Assembly: GCA_950073265.1 (NCBI GenBank)
Contig: CATMPJ010000002.1
Span: forward strand, 2,638-66,637
Source: an uncultured bacterium
Lineage (GTDB): Bacteria > Patescibacteriota > Minisyncoccia > Phycocordibacterales > UBA918
Reading direction: 5' to 3'
Length of the DNA: 64,000 nt
The notes under the pieces were generated by a model. It was not told the origin of the DNA, ran no database searches, and was given only the letters and a program-made list of their open reading frames with translations. Numbering within the stretch: position 1 is the first letter of the stretch; each line of letters opens with the position of its first letter. The position numbers and the translations under genes were made by a program. Of this stretch, positions 30,460 to 39,323 are shown piece by piece.

Positions 30460-30975
30460 ATGCAAAAGCAAGAACTTTTGAGTATCTTTATAACCTTTAT
30501 CGTTGGATTCTTTGCCGGAGGATATTTATATCTCAATGTGTTTACGCAAATGATTCAACCCGATAGTGACATTGAAACAATCGAAGAGCTTGAAGAGTTT
30601 TCTATCACCAGTCAAGCTTATGGAGGGTGTCGCAGTGACTGTCCAGCTTTCAGAGTTGAAGCAGACGGTAGCTATCGTTACCAATATGTACCATCTGTAG
30701 GTGAACAGCCACTGCTGCGCAGTGGTACACTTCCGCTTGGACTGCAGCGACAATTAGACCGGGCTTTAGAGCAAAAAGAACTACGTACACAGGCACAGTC
30801 AGTGACGCCCGCTAATTGTAATTCCATGAAAGATGGAATAGATATTGAATACAGAGTTGAGATTACTGGCGAGCTTTTTGTGCTGGATTCTTGTCGCACA
30901 GCGATAGATAGTCAGAGCGACTCTTGGGAAGCTCTTTCAGCTATTTGGACGTATTTTAATGAGCAAACGCAATAA
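30460..30975 (+). CDS. hypothetical membrane-anchored Cys-containing protein
   Basis: start at MQKQELL; one N-terminal TM, then soluble domain with 6 Cys. Confidence 0.4.
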   Translation: MQKQELLSIFITFIVGFFAGGYLYLNVFTQMIQPDSDIETIEELEEFSITSQAYGGCRSDCPAFRVEADGSYRYQYVPSVGEQPLLRSGTLPLGLQRQLDRALEQKELRTQAQSVTPANCNSMKDGIDIEYRVEITGELFVLDSCRTAIDSQSDSWEALSAIWTYFNEQTQ

Positions 30976-31071
30976 TTTAAATCTGTATGCTTAAAGTCCT
31001 AATTATATCTATCATGGCTGGTATCTTTGCCTACTTCGCCAATTTGGCATTTCAAGGACAGCTATAAAAAC

Positions 31072-31110
31072 AAGGCCGCCCCAGCGCATTCGCGCATGCA
31101 GGGCGGCCTT
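31072..31110. terminator. hairpin terminator between convergent genes (U-run on minus-strand side)
   Basis: AAGGCCGCCC...GGGCGGCCTT 10-bp stem, 19-nt loop; minus strand followed by UUGUUUUUAU. Confidence 0.5.
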
Positions 31111-31115
31111 CTGTC

Positions 31116-31481
31116 TCATACGGGAACAGTGTCAGCATCTTTTTTCCATACGCGAGAGCGTCGGAAATGAAGATAAGTGAATCGCTTGAGGTAATCTCTG
31201 CGAGTCTCAGGGCTATCTCCGCCAAATTTTCTTTTGGCTAAATGTCTCAGTGCCCAGAGAGGGTGTTGCAGTTCGTGGATTTGCGCCCGAACCTCTGCCG
31301 GAGTCACATTGCCTTTCTTAAGGCGACGACGGACGTACAGATACAAGTAAGTGTGCGCCCAAAGCGTCTTGCCCAGAAGAAGGGCAAAAAGAATGAATAT
31401 CGTTACCCCCATAAGGACATAAGCGAAAACCTCGCGCGATTCCTGTGAGAAAGAAAAGATCCATTGTTCCAAACCGGTCAT
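31116..31481 (-). CDS. hypothetical membrane protein with basic cytoplasmic tail
   Basis: 121 aa, one TM, Arg/Lys-rich C-terminal half. Confidence 0.4.
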   Translation of the reverse strand: MTGLEQWIFSFSQESREVFAYVLMGVTIFILFALLLGKTLWAHTYLYLYVRRRLKKGNVTPAEVRAQIHELQHPLWALRHLAKRKFGGDSPETRRDYLKRFTYLHFRRSRVWKKDADTVPV

Positions 31482-31598
31482 TGTCTACTCTCCTAGGTTT
31501 GTTTTGATTTCGAACCACATAGTACGTACATTTTAGTTTATTGTCAATATTCTCCATTGACTTATTCTCAAAAAAACACCATACTACCGATGTTTTAT

Positions 31599-31625
31599 GG
31601 CGCAGTCGCTGCGTCTTTTTATTTC
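31599..31625 (+). promoter_or_regulatory. terminator-like hairpin plus U-run inside the typA 5' leader (attenuator or small RNA 3' end candidate)
   Basis: GGCGCAG-TCG-CTGCGTC then TTTTTATTT, 15 nt before typA ATG; GTCAAT-N7-ATTGAC inverted repeat 60 nt upstream. Confidence 0.3.
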
Positions 31626-31639
31626 AATCACCACTACTT

Positions 31640-33424
31640 ATGTCACAAGAAATTCGCAATATCGCAATCATCGCCCACGTAGACCACGGCAAGACCACTT
31701 TGACCGATGGTTTGATGGAATTCACTGGTGCTCGTGACGGTGATGCTTCAATGGATAGTAACCAGCTTGAACAAGAGCGCGGTATTACTATTTATGCAAA
31801 GAACACTTCTGTTGAATACAAAGGCACTAAGATCAATATTGTAGACACGCCTGGTCACGCCGACTTCGGATCTGAGGTGGAGCGCGTGTTGCGTTCAATC
31901 GACTCAGTACTTTTGGTGGTAGACGCACAAGAAGGTCCCATGCCGCAAACTCGCTTTGTGCTTAAGAAGTCTCTTGAGCTGGGTCTCAAGCCGATTGTAA
32001 TCATCAATAAAATCGACAAACCAGCGGCTAATCCAGAGCATGCGGAAGAACTAGTGCTCGAACTTTTCCTTGAGCTAGGTGCTGACGATGAGCAGTGTGA
32101 CTTCCCAGTGGTGTATGCGATTGGTCGCGACAAAGTAGCAAAACTAAAGATGGAGGACGAGCTCACTGACCTTGCACCAGTCCTTGATACTGTACTCAAG
32201 CACGTGCCAGCGGCTAAAACCTACGAAGAAGGGCAAGCACTACGTGCGCAGGTCTTTAACCTTGGCTACGATAATTTCCTCGGACGACTAGCGGTTGCTC
32301 GCATCTACGAAGGAAAGATTGCTAAGAATCAGCCAGTTATCATCAAGCAAAAGGGTGAAGAGACTAAAAAGGGTAAGATAGTAAAGCTGTCGGGCTATCA
32401 TGGTGTGAAGCAAGTCGAAATGAACGAAGCGTTTGCTGGTGACATCGTACTTATTGCTGGACTGACAGATATTAATATTGGAGATACGGTAACAGATAGC
32501 GAAACAGCAGAGCCATTGCCAGCCATTAACGTGGATGAGCCGACGGTGGCGATGAAGTTCCTCGTAAACAACTCGCCATTCGCGGGACGCGAAGGGAAGT
32601 ATGTGACTTCTCGTCAAATTGGAGAGCGGCTTGAAAAAGAGCTTGAAATCAACGTCGGGCTACAAGTAGAGCCGGGAAGTGGTGATTCTTTTGACGTTAA
32701 GGGGCGTGGTGAAATGCATATCGCTATCCTACTTGAAAATATGCGACGCGAAGGGTACGAGCTGTCGGTCTCACAGCCAAAAGTAATCATTAAAGAAGAA
32801 GAAGGCCAAAAACTCGAACCGTTTGAAGAAGTGACGGTTGATATCCCGGCAGATTTCCAAGGCGCAGTGATTGAGCGACTCTCAAACCGTGGCTTCATCA
32901 TGATGAATATGATTCCTCATGAAAACCAAGTGCGACTTTTGTTTGAAGGTCCAACTCGTGGCCTCCTTGGCTACAAGAACCAATTCATCATTGATACTAA
33001 AGGTGAAGGAATTCTCGCCTCACGGTTTCTCGAATTCCGTCCGTACGCTGGAGCTATCAAAAAGCGCCAAACTGGCAGCATGACGAGCATGGCTACCGGT
33101 AAGGCACTTGGCTTCTCGCTCTTTGGTCTGCAAGATCGTGGAGAACTCTATATCGGCCCAGGTACTGAAGTATATGAAGGAATGGTAATTGGAAACACTA
33201 GTAAGGGAGAAGAAATGCTGGTAAACCCAACCAAAGGCAAGCAGCTTACCAACGTACGCGCCTCAGGAAGTGACGACGCTATCAATCTCACACCACACCG
33301 CCCACTCTCAATCGAACTTGGCCTTGAAATCATGCAAGAAGACGAATATCTCGAAGTTTGTCCAGAAAGCATTCGTCTACGCAAGCAACATCTCAAAGAA
33401 GGCGACCGCAAACGAGCTAAATAA
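31640..33424 (+). CDS. typA: translational GTPase TypA/BipA
   Basis: start at [21 protein letters not shown]; G1-G5 motifs, EF-G-like domains, 595 aa. Confidence 0.9.
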   Translation: MSQEIRNIAIIAHVDHGKTTLTDGLMEFTGARDGDASMDSNQLEQERGITIYAKNTSVEYKGTKINIVDTPGHADFGSEVERVLRSIDSVLLVVDAQEGPMPQTRFVLKKSLELGLKPIVIINKIDKPAANPEHAEELVLELFLELGADDEQCDFPVVYAIGRDKVAKLKMEDELTDLAPVLDTVLKHVPAAKTYEEGQALRAQVFNLGYDNFLGRLAVARIYEGKIAKNQPVIIKQKGEETKKGKIVKLSGYHGVKQVEMNEAFAGDIVLIAGLTDINIGDTVTDSETAEPLPAINVDEPTVAMKFLVNNSPFAGREGKYVTSRQIGERLEKELEINVGLQVEPGSGDSFDVKGRGEMHIAILLENMRREGYELSVSQPKVIIKEEEGQKLEPFEEVTVDIPADFQGAVIERLSNRGFIMMNMIPHENQVRLLFEGPTRGLLGYKNQFIIDTKGEGILASRFLEFRPYAGAIKKRQTGSMTSMATGKALGFSLFGLQDRGELYIGPGTEVYEGMVIGNTSKGEEMLVNPTKGKQLTNVRASGSDDAINLTPHRPLSIELGLEIMQEDEYLEVCPESIRLRKQHLKEGDRKRAK

Positions 33425-33437
33425 ATAGGAGTATAAT

Positions 33438-33468
33438 AAAACGAGTTATTAGATAACTCGTTTTATTA
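33438..33468 (+). terminator. intrinsic terminator after typA (overlaps next start codon)
   Basis: AAAACGAGTTAT-TAG-ATAACTCGTTTT then TTATT. Confidence 0.6.
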
Positions 33469-33872
33469 TGGATCCGTTAGAAAATTTATTTTTGACACTT
33501 TTTTCACAAATTGAGTGGATGCCAGTCTTGGTGTCTACGATTGTCACGTTTTTGATTGGGTGGGTTTGGTATTCGCCAGTATTATTCGTAAAGCCGTGGA
33601 TGAACGGACTACCGTCACCAATGAAATGGCACGCGCCAATGTGGATGCCGATGACTGCACAACTCGGTGCGACGCTACTTTCAGCAATCATCGTCAACGT
33701 GCTCTATACGACTGGTCAAACTGCACTCTTAGTGTTGGTGACTTTGACCCTCATGGGCTTTATAAAAGCCAATGGTATGTATTCAGGAAAAACCAAAACA
33801 ACTATCTCAATTGAGACATTATATATCCTCGTGATGGTACTCGTCATGGTGGCTACGAACGTGCTACTCTAA
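33468..33872 (+). CDS. small integral membrane protein (DUF1761-like)
   Basis: 134 aa, 4 hydrophobic segments, GWVWYSPVLF motif. Confidence 0.4.
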   Translation: MDPLENLFLTLFSQIEWMPVLVSTIVTFLIGWVWYSPVLFVKPWMNGLPSPMKWHAPMWMPMTAQLGATLLSAIIVNVLYTTGQTALLVLVTLTLMGFIKANGMYSGKTKTTISIETLYILVMVLVMVATNVLL

Positions 33873-33876
33873 TTAG

Positions 33877-34356
33877 ATGAAAATAATAATTGCAATTATC
33901 GCGGTATTACTGCTTGGAGTGACGTGGCTCTTTGTTAGTCACAATGGGATTTTAAGTAGTGAGAACGAAAATAGATATCAAGAAAGCGCTGGCGGAGCAA
34001 ATGAAGAAATGATAGAGGTGTATGACGGTATTGCTGTTGCAAAAAGTACTCGTTATCTGATTCTTTCCGGACGAGGATTAACTGGTTCACTTAAAGCAGA
34101 AGTTGCTCAACTTACAGAGCTCGAAACATTAGACATGAGTAACAATAGTCTGACTGGCATTCCGGCGGAAGTGGGGCAGTTGTCAAAATTAAAAGTGCTC
34201 AATTTATCTAACAACATGTTTACCGGTCTGCCAGCTGAATTAGGTAATTTACAGAATCTTCAAACGCTTAATCTAACGGGAAATAATTACACAGAAGCTG
34301 ATTTAGAAACAATTCGTACGCAGCTACCAGCAGACGTGAACATTATTACCGACTAG
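33877..34356 (+). CDS. membrane-anchored leucine-rich-repeat protein
   Basis: N-terminal TM; three consecutive LxxLxLxxNxL(T)GLP repeats (LETLDMSNNSLTGIPAEVGQLSKLKVLNLSNNMFTGLPAELGNLQNLQTLNLTGN). Confidence 0.7.
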   Translation: MKIIIAIIAVLLLGVTWLFVSHNGILSSENENRYQESAGGANEEMIEVYDGIAVAKSTRYLILSGRGLTGSLKAEVAQLTELETLDMSNNSLTGIPAEVGQLSKLKVLNLSNNMFTGLPAELGNLQNLQTLNLTGNNYTEADLETIRTQLPADVNIITD

Positions 34357-34363
34357 TAATTAT

Positions 34364-34969
34364 ATGAAAAAAATAACTATTTCTGCACTTTTTGTACTTA
34401 TGGGTACATTTGGTGTCACTCAACCAGCAAGCGCGTTAAGCTGTCTCGATCCTGACGGTATGATTAATATGTTTGTCGATGAGTCAGAGTATCTCATTGT
34501 GACTGCAACGCCGACTAAACAAGCTGAGTATGTAAAGTCTGGGCCTGACACGACTGACCCAAACATGATGTACCCGGAGGGCTACACGGCACAGCTTTTG
34601 AATATAACTGAATCATATAAAGGGAGTACGCCAGATCAAAGCTGGGTGTACTTTAGCCGCAACGGTACTTGGAATTATCTCTGTGTCGGAGAACCTCCGG
34701 CTATAGATAGCGACAATGTATATGTGCTTCACAAAGATGAGGGATTGTTCTCGTTTACCAAAGTTGTGGCGGTATATGCTGCAGATTCTGACATGGCTAA
34801 AAAATTAGTAGCAGCGCTAGAGGAGAGTGACAGTGATGATTTGGAGGCTCCCATGGTGTATGAAGCTTCTGCTTCGTACTGGTTAGAAGAATTAAAAAAT
34901 GAGTTAGTCGAAATGGCTTTTATTACAAAAGTAAAATTAGCCGAATGGAAGTTCTGGTTGGCTTTATAA
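34364..34969 (+). CDS. hypothetical secreted protein
   Basis: signal peptide ending ASALSC; no motif. Confidence 0.4.
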   Translation: MKKITISALFVLMGTFGVTQPASALSCLDPDGMINMFVDESEYLIVTATPTKQAEYVKSGPDTTDPNMMYPEGYTAQLLNITESYKGSTPDQSWVYFSRNGTWNYLCVGEPPAIDSDNVYVLHKDEGLFSFTKVVAVYAADSDMAKKLVAALEESDSDDLEAPMVYEASASYWLEELKNELVEMAFITKVKLAEWKFWLAL

Positions 34970-35028
34970 ATTAGACAGATAGTGCGTACCTGTTTGTTAG
35001 AGACTGTGACGCAGTGTAAAATAAAAAC

Positions 35029-35556
35029 ATGAAAGGATTTACCATTATTGCCATTGTCACACTTTTGTTCATTGGAATTTTCTTATTCTTTGAGAACAGC
35101 ACGCGTGTTGTTGCACCAGATAATCCCACTGTAGAGATACCCACCACCACTTCAGAAATGACAGATCAAGAGTCTCCGGCTGTGCCAAACAGCAATTACG
35201 AGCCAAAGCCGGATCTAATCGTGGTTGAAAACTTGAATCCGGGCGAGACCATCACCAGCCCAGTGACCATAACAGGTAAAGCGCGCGGCTATTGGTTTTT
35301 TGAAGCTACGTTCCCAATTATTATTACTAGATATGATGGAGAGATGATCGCGCAAGGCTATGCCACTGCAGAAGGAGATTGGATGACTGAGGATTTTGTA
35401 CCGTTTACAGCTACTGTCGAATACGTCTCGCCATATAGTGCCGGAGGTATGGAATTTGAGCAAAAAGGCAGCATAATCCTAGAAAAACAAAATGCTTCAG
35501 GTCTACCTGAAAACGCTGATTCGTTGGTGTTTCCAATCACATTTGCCGCCCAATAG
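35029..35556 (+). CDS. membrane-anchored Gmad2 immunoglobulin-like domain protein
   Basis: TITSPVTITGKARGYWFFEATFPIIITRYDGEMIAQGYATAEGDWMT matches Gmad2-type Ig-like domain pattern. Confidence 0.5.
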   Translation: MKGFTIIAIVTLLFIGIFLFFENSTRVVAPDNPTVEIPTTTSEMTDQESPAVPNSNYEPKPDLIVVENLNPGETITSPVTITGKARGYWFFEATFPIIITRYDGEMIAQGYATAEGDWMTEDFVPFTATVEYVSPYSAGGMEFEQKGSIILEKQNASGLPENADSLVFPITFAAQ

Positions 35557-35559
35557 AGT

Positions 35560-35730
35560 ATGAGATTTTTTGGTCTCATCTCTATTTTGATTACGGTAGC
35601 AATTGCACTGTGGTGGTTTACGCAGATGAGCGGAATTAGCACCCCTGTTGGCGAAACCGGAGAAGCCCAGCAAAGCTACAATGACATGATTGAGTCAGCA
35701 AAATCAGCGGCAGACTCTATAAGCAGGTAA
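35560..35730 (+). CDS. unannotated 56-aa small membrane protein (not in ORF track, below length cut-off)
   Basis: ATG 4 nt after upstream stop; MRFFGLISILITVAIALWWF TM then polar tail; reading frame found by eye. Confidence 0.3.
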   Translation: MRFFGLISILITVAIALWWFTQMSGISTPVGETGEAQQSYNDMIESAKSAADSISR

Positions 35731-35778
35731 CACAAAAAACGTAAGTCAACACCTGCGTAGACTGTCTTCACTAAATAT

Positions 35779-36789
35779 ATGCTAAAACAATTCACATTCT
35801 TACTTATAGTTATTAGTTTTATTATTCCTAACACATCTGAAGCTCGACATAACCGTGGCAATTATTTCGGTATCGATAGAAGTGATTTAGACAATGATAT
35901 TGTTGAAGACTTTGCGGTTCCTATTTTATTTGGTTTTGACGCCCTGTTTGAGAACTATGGCGATCCACGAGATGGTGGTAGTCGAAGTCACGAGGGGCAA
36001 GATATTTTTGCTCCAAAGGGGGCTCCTGTCGTGTCGCCAACCGAAGCCATTGTAACCAGTGTTGGTACTGGTGATAGTGCTGGAAAATACGTGTATACCG
36101 CTAATCCGGGTGGAGAATCATTCCGCTACATGCACTTAGATGAAATTGCCGACCTCAAACGAGGCGATAAGCTTGATGTCGGAGACTTTATTGGTACTGT
36201 CGGCGATACTGGCAACGCACCAGATGGTGTGTATCACTTACACTTTGAAGTGCGTGATAATGATGGTGCCACCGACCCATTTCCGCGACTGACTGAAACA
36301 TTCACCTTAAAAGAAAAAATGTCATTTATGGATGATGTCATTGATAAATATGACGGAGATGAAGATGACTATGCTGAATATTTAGTAAAGACATTTAATA
36401 GTGACTTTAAAGCTGGACTTCGTGCCGGGTATGATTTGCCGGACGAAATTATTGAAGCGTTAGAAGATGTTGGTATTGTCTCTGAAGCGAAAGCGGAAGA
36501 CAAACTAGCAAATACACTCGGCACCATTCCGGTGGCACTTACTACCGAACTGAAAACGGGAGATAATAATGTGTTGGTGAGCTTGTTGCAGATATACCTT
36601 ATCTACACAACAGAGGGTGTTGCCCGCAATAATCTAAAAGCAGCTGGACCAACTGGATACTACGGCTCCATAACCGCAGCGGCAGTGCGCGCATACCAAG
36701 CAGACCGAGATATTTCAGAAACAGGGGTATATGACGCAAAAACCAGGACCGAAATGCTTGATCATGACGTGTCATTAAAGCTCAACTAA
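35779..36789 (+). CDS. M23 family metallopeptidase with C-terminal peptidoglycan-binding (PG_binding_1) domain
   Basis: HEGQDIF...YMHLDEI...HLHFEV (HxxxD/HxH); C-terminal GPTGYYGSITAAAVRAYQADRDISETGVYDAKT. Confidence 0.75.
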   Translation: MLKQFTFLLIVISFIIPNTSEARHNRGNYFGIDRSDLDNDIVEDFAVPILFGFDALFENYGDPRDGGSRSHEGQDIFAPKGAPVVSPTEAIVTSVGTGDSAGKYVYTANPGGESFRYMHLDEIADLKRGDKLDVGDFIGTVGDTGNAPDGVYHLHFEVRDNDGATDPFPRLTETFTLKEKMSFMDDVIDKYDGDEDDYAEYLVKTFNSDFKAGLRAGYDLPDEIIEALEDVGIVSEAKAEDKLANTLGTIPVALTTELKTGDNNVLVSLLQIYLIYTTEGVARNNLKAAGPTGYYGSITAAAVRAYQADRDISETGVYDAKTRTEMLDHDVSLKLN

Positions 36790-36835
36790 CGGTATAATGG
36801 ACACAACAACTCGGTAAATTCGGGTATACGTAACG

Positions 36836-37801
36836 ATGGAGTATCTCATATCCTTTATTCTCATATTGCTGTCGGCCTTGTTTTCGGGCCTGACGCTTGG
36901 TTTGCTGTCACTTGATGCACATGCACTCCAACGCAGGGCCAAGCACGGTGATACTGATGCAGCGGTAATTTATCCCGTCCGTAAAAACGGTAATCTTCTC
37001 TTAACCACCTTGTTGCTTGGTAATGTTGCGGTAAACACGACATTATCCATTTTCCTTGGCTCGATTGCGTCTGGTATCGTGGCGGGTATTATCGCTACGG
37101 GATTGATTGTCGTGTTTGGTGAGATTATCCCGCAAGCAGTGATTTCTCGGAATGCATTGTTCTTTGGGGCTCGCACGATCTGGTTTACTAAATTGGTACT
37201 ACTTATTTTTTATCCGATCGCATGGCCAATCGCTAAGATGCTCGACCACTTTTTGGGTGATGAAATCCCTACAGTGTACTCAAAATCCGAGCTAATGGAC
37301 ATTATTTCCGAGCATGAAGACTCCGAACATAGTGATGTTGATGCTGATGAAGAGCGGATTCTGCACGGTGCCTTGCAATTCTCCCATACACGAGTGCGTG
37401 AAGTTATGACGCCGGCAGAACGGGTCGTATTGTTTGACGAAAATACCAAGCTTAATGATGACTTCTTTACCGAAGTCCAAGAACAAGGCTTTTCTCGGTT
37501 GCCAATTTATAGTGGTGAAAAATCGAATGTGATTGGTATTTTGTATGTCAAAGACTTGATTACAGAAGCTGAGGATATCAGTATTGCTCAGACGGAAGAA
37601 GCATTTGAAAAAGAATTCTTGGCTGTAGATCAGAATGAGATGCTCGATAAAGTACTTACCAAGATGCTTAAGCAGCGCCGGCATTTAGCCGTAGTGCAAG
37701 CAAAAAGCGGTCGCTTTTTAGGAGTTGTTACTCTTGAGGATATTATTGAAGAAATTATCCAGGTAGAGATTGAGGACGAAGACGATGAGGAGGAGATATA
37801 A
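36836..37801 (+). CDS. corC: CNNM/CorC-family transporter-associated protein (DUF21 TM domain + CBS pair)
   Basis: N-terminal 4-TM DUF21, two CBS domains, acidic C-terminus. Confidence 0.8.
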   Translation: MEYLISFILILLSALFSGLTLGLLSLDAHALQRRAKHGDTDAAVIYPVRKNGNLLLTTLLLGNVAVNTTLSIFLGSIASGIVAGIIATGLIVVFGEIIPQAVISRNALFFGARTIWFTKLVLLIFYPIAWPIAKMLDHFLGDEIPTVYSKSELMDIISEHEDSEHSDVDADEERILHGALQFSHTRVREVMTPAERVVLFDENTKLNDDFFTEVQEQGFSRLPIYSGEKSNVIGILYVKDLITEAEDISIAQTEEAFEKEFLAVDQNEMLDKVLTKMLKQRRHLAVVQAKSGRFLGVVTLEDIIEEIIQVEIEDEDDEEEI

Positions 37802-37803
37802 AA

Positions 37804-37838
37804 AAACAACCGCGAGCGAAGCTCGCGGTTGTTTTTTA
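37804..37838. terminator. bidirectional intrinsic terminator between corC and rluB
   Basis: AAAAAAACAACCGCGAGC-GAA-GCTCGCGGTTGTTTTTT; overlaps stop codon of minus-strand gene. Confidence 0.7.
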
Positions 37839-38531
37839 CAATCCTAACTTATTCAAAAAGATTTGGAGTTCCTCCCCGGTTATTTTTCGGAATTGATTGG
37901 GTTTTAATTTGCCAAGCTCAATATTTACTACTCGTACTCGTTTTAACGTCTGTACCTGATACCCTAGTGCAGCGCACATACGGCGAATTTGATGTTTCTT
38001 GCCTTCAGTGAGGATAATGCGAAAACGCTTAGCGTTCTTAGGATTTGCCACAAGTTTTGCAGGTTTGGTTTTATAACCCTCAATGTCTACACCTTTGCTC
38101 ATAAGACGCTGTGCCATGCCAGAAAGATTTTTATCTACCAAAACTTCATATTCTTTCTCGGATTTAGATTCAGGATCAAGTAGTGGGGCAGTGATGCGAC
38201 CGTCATTAGAGAGAATGATTAGACCTTCTGAGTCTTTATCGAGGCGACCAATTGGTGAGACATCAGTTAAGCCATAGTCCTGTTTAAGGCGCATAGCTAT
38301 ATCAGTCTCGTGTTGGGCAGGAGAGTGGGTGATAACACCACGTCCTTTGTAATACGCGTAATATTGCTTTTTCTTAGTTTGGCCGACCAATTCAACCTCG
38401 TCACCCTCAGTTACCTTTTGTCCAACTACTGCTTTTTGTCCATTTATAAGGATTTTTCCTTGCTCAATTAACACATCAGCCTCACGCCGCGACGCGATAC
38501 CTTCCTGAGCTAGATACTTATTAAGACGCAT
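37836..38531 (-). CDS. rluB: rRNA pseudouridine synthase, RsuA/RluB family
   Basis: S4 domain (MRLNKYLAQEGIASRREADVLIEQGKI), catalytic GRLDKDSEGLIILSNDG. Confidence 0.8.
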   Translation of the reverse strand: MRLNKYLAQEGIASRREADVLIEQGKILINGQKAVVGQKVTEGDEVELVGQTKKKQYYAYYKGRGVITHSPAQHETDIAMRLKQDYGLTDVSPIGRLDKDSEGLIILSNDGRITAPLLDPESKSEKEYEVLVDKNLSGMAQRLMSKGVDIEGYKTKPAKLVANPKNAKRFRIILTEGKKHQIRRMCAALGYQVQTLKRVRVVNIELGKLKPNQFRKITGEELQIFLNKLGL

Positions 38532-38577
38532 TGGGAATTCCATAGACAGTGATTAGAACATATTATTTAGCTTTTTT

Positions 38578-38606
38578 AAAGCCCAGCAGACATCTGCTGG
38601 GCTTTA
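38578..38606. terminator. palindromic hairpin AAAGCCCAGCAG-ACAT-CTGCTGGGCTTT (A/T-clamped; candidate terminator)
   Basis: read directly; no free U-run beyond the stem. Confidence 0.35.
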
Positions 38607-38625
38607 AGGGTTTGTATTGAGAAAT

Positions 38626-39159
38626 TTATTTTTCTTTCACCTTCAGGGTGTATCCGTCTCCGTGTATTTCTTGATTGAGGAGTAATGACTGACTGACTAA
38701 TTTCTTAAGAGTGTCTTTCTTTACTTCACGACGCTCGTCTCCTCGCAGGTAGGGTAGGTGAGTCACATGAGTGCGGTAAATGTACATGGTTGGTTCTTCA
38801 GGCACAGTAACCAGGGTAACCATTGTAAATTTGCCACGCTCTCCAGCTGGGACTTCATAATAGCCGTCGACGATAGGTTGAGTACTCAGAACCAAACCAT
38901 TGCTTACTACTCCAGAAGCTCTTTTTTTATCATCACCAATTCGGTATCCGAGATAGTTACTATCGTCTCCGTAGGTTAGGCCAGCCATGGCTCCTACAGG
39001 AATCCGGTAGGCTTCTGTACCAGCCTGAAACTCAAAATCAATTGTATAGAGGCCAGTGTTATCTGTTAACTTTGTAGCGGCCGCTTCAACATTTTTGGGA
39101 CTATTAAAAGCGGTACCTGCGACAGCTACGGCTATCAGTAATACATGTCTTTTTTTCAT
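38626..39159 (-). CDS. hypothetical secreted protein
   Basis: start at MKKRHVLLIAVAVAG signal peptide; no motif. Confidence 0.4.
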   Translation of the reverse strand: MKKRHVLLIAVAVAGTAFNSPKNVEAAATKLTDNTGLYTIDFEFQAGTEAYRIPVGAMAGLTYGDDSNYLGYRIGDDKKRASGVVSNGLVLSTQPIVDGYYEVPAGERGKFTMVTLVTVPEEPTMYIYRTHVTHLPYLRGDERREVKKDTLKKLVSQSLLLNQEIHGDGYTLKVKEK

Positions 39160-39323
39160 ACTCAGTAAGTATAACAAAGTATTCAGCCAAGTGGCACGCC
39201 AACTACGAAACATTTTTTTGTTTTCTGCAAACTTGTCATCCCTCAAAATAGGCGTATGGTAAGAACAAAGACAATCTGTCTAAATGGAGGTAACTTACTA
39301 GCCTTAAATAACTAAATACATTC

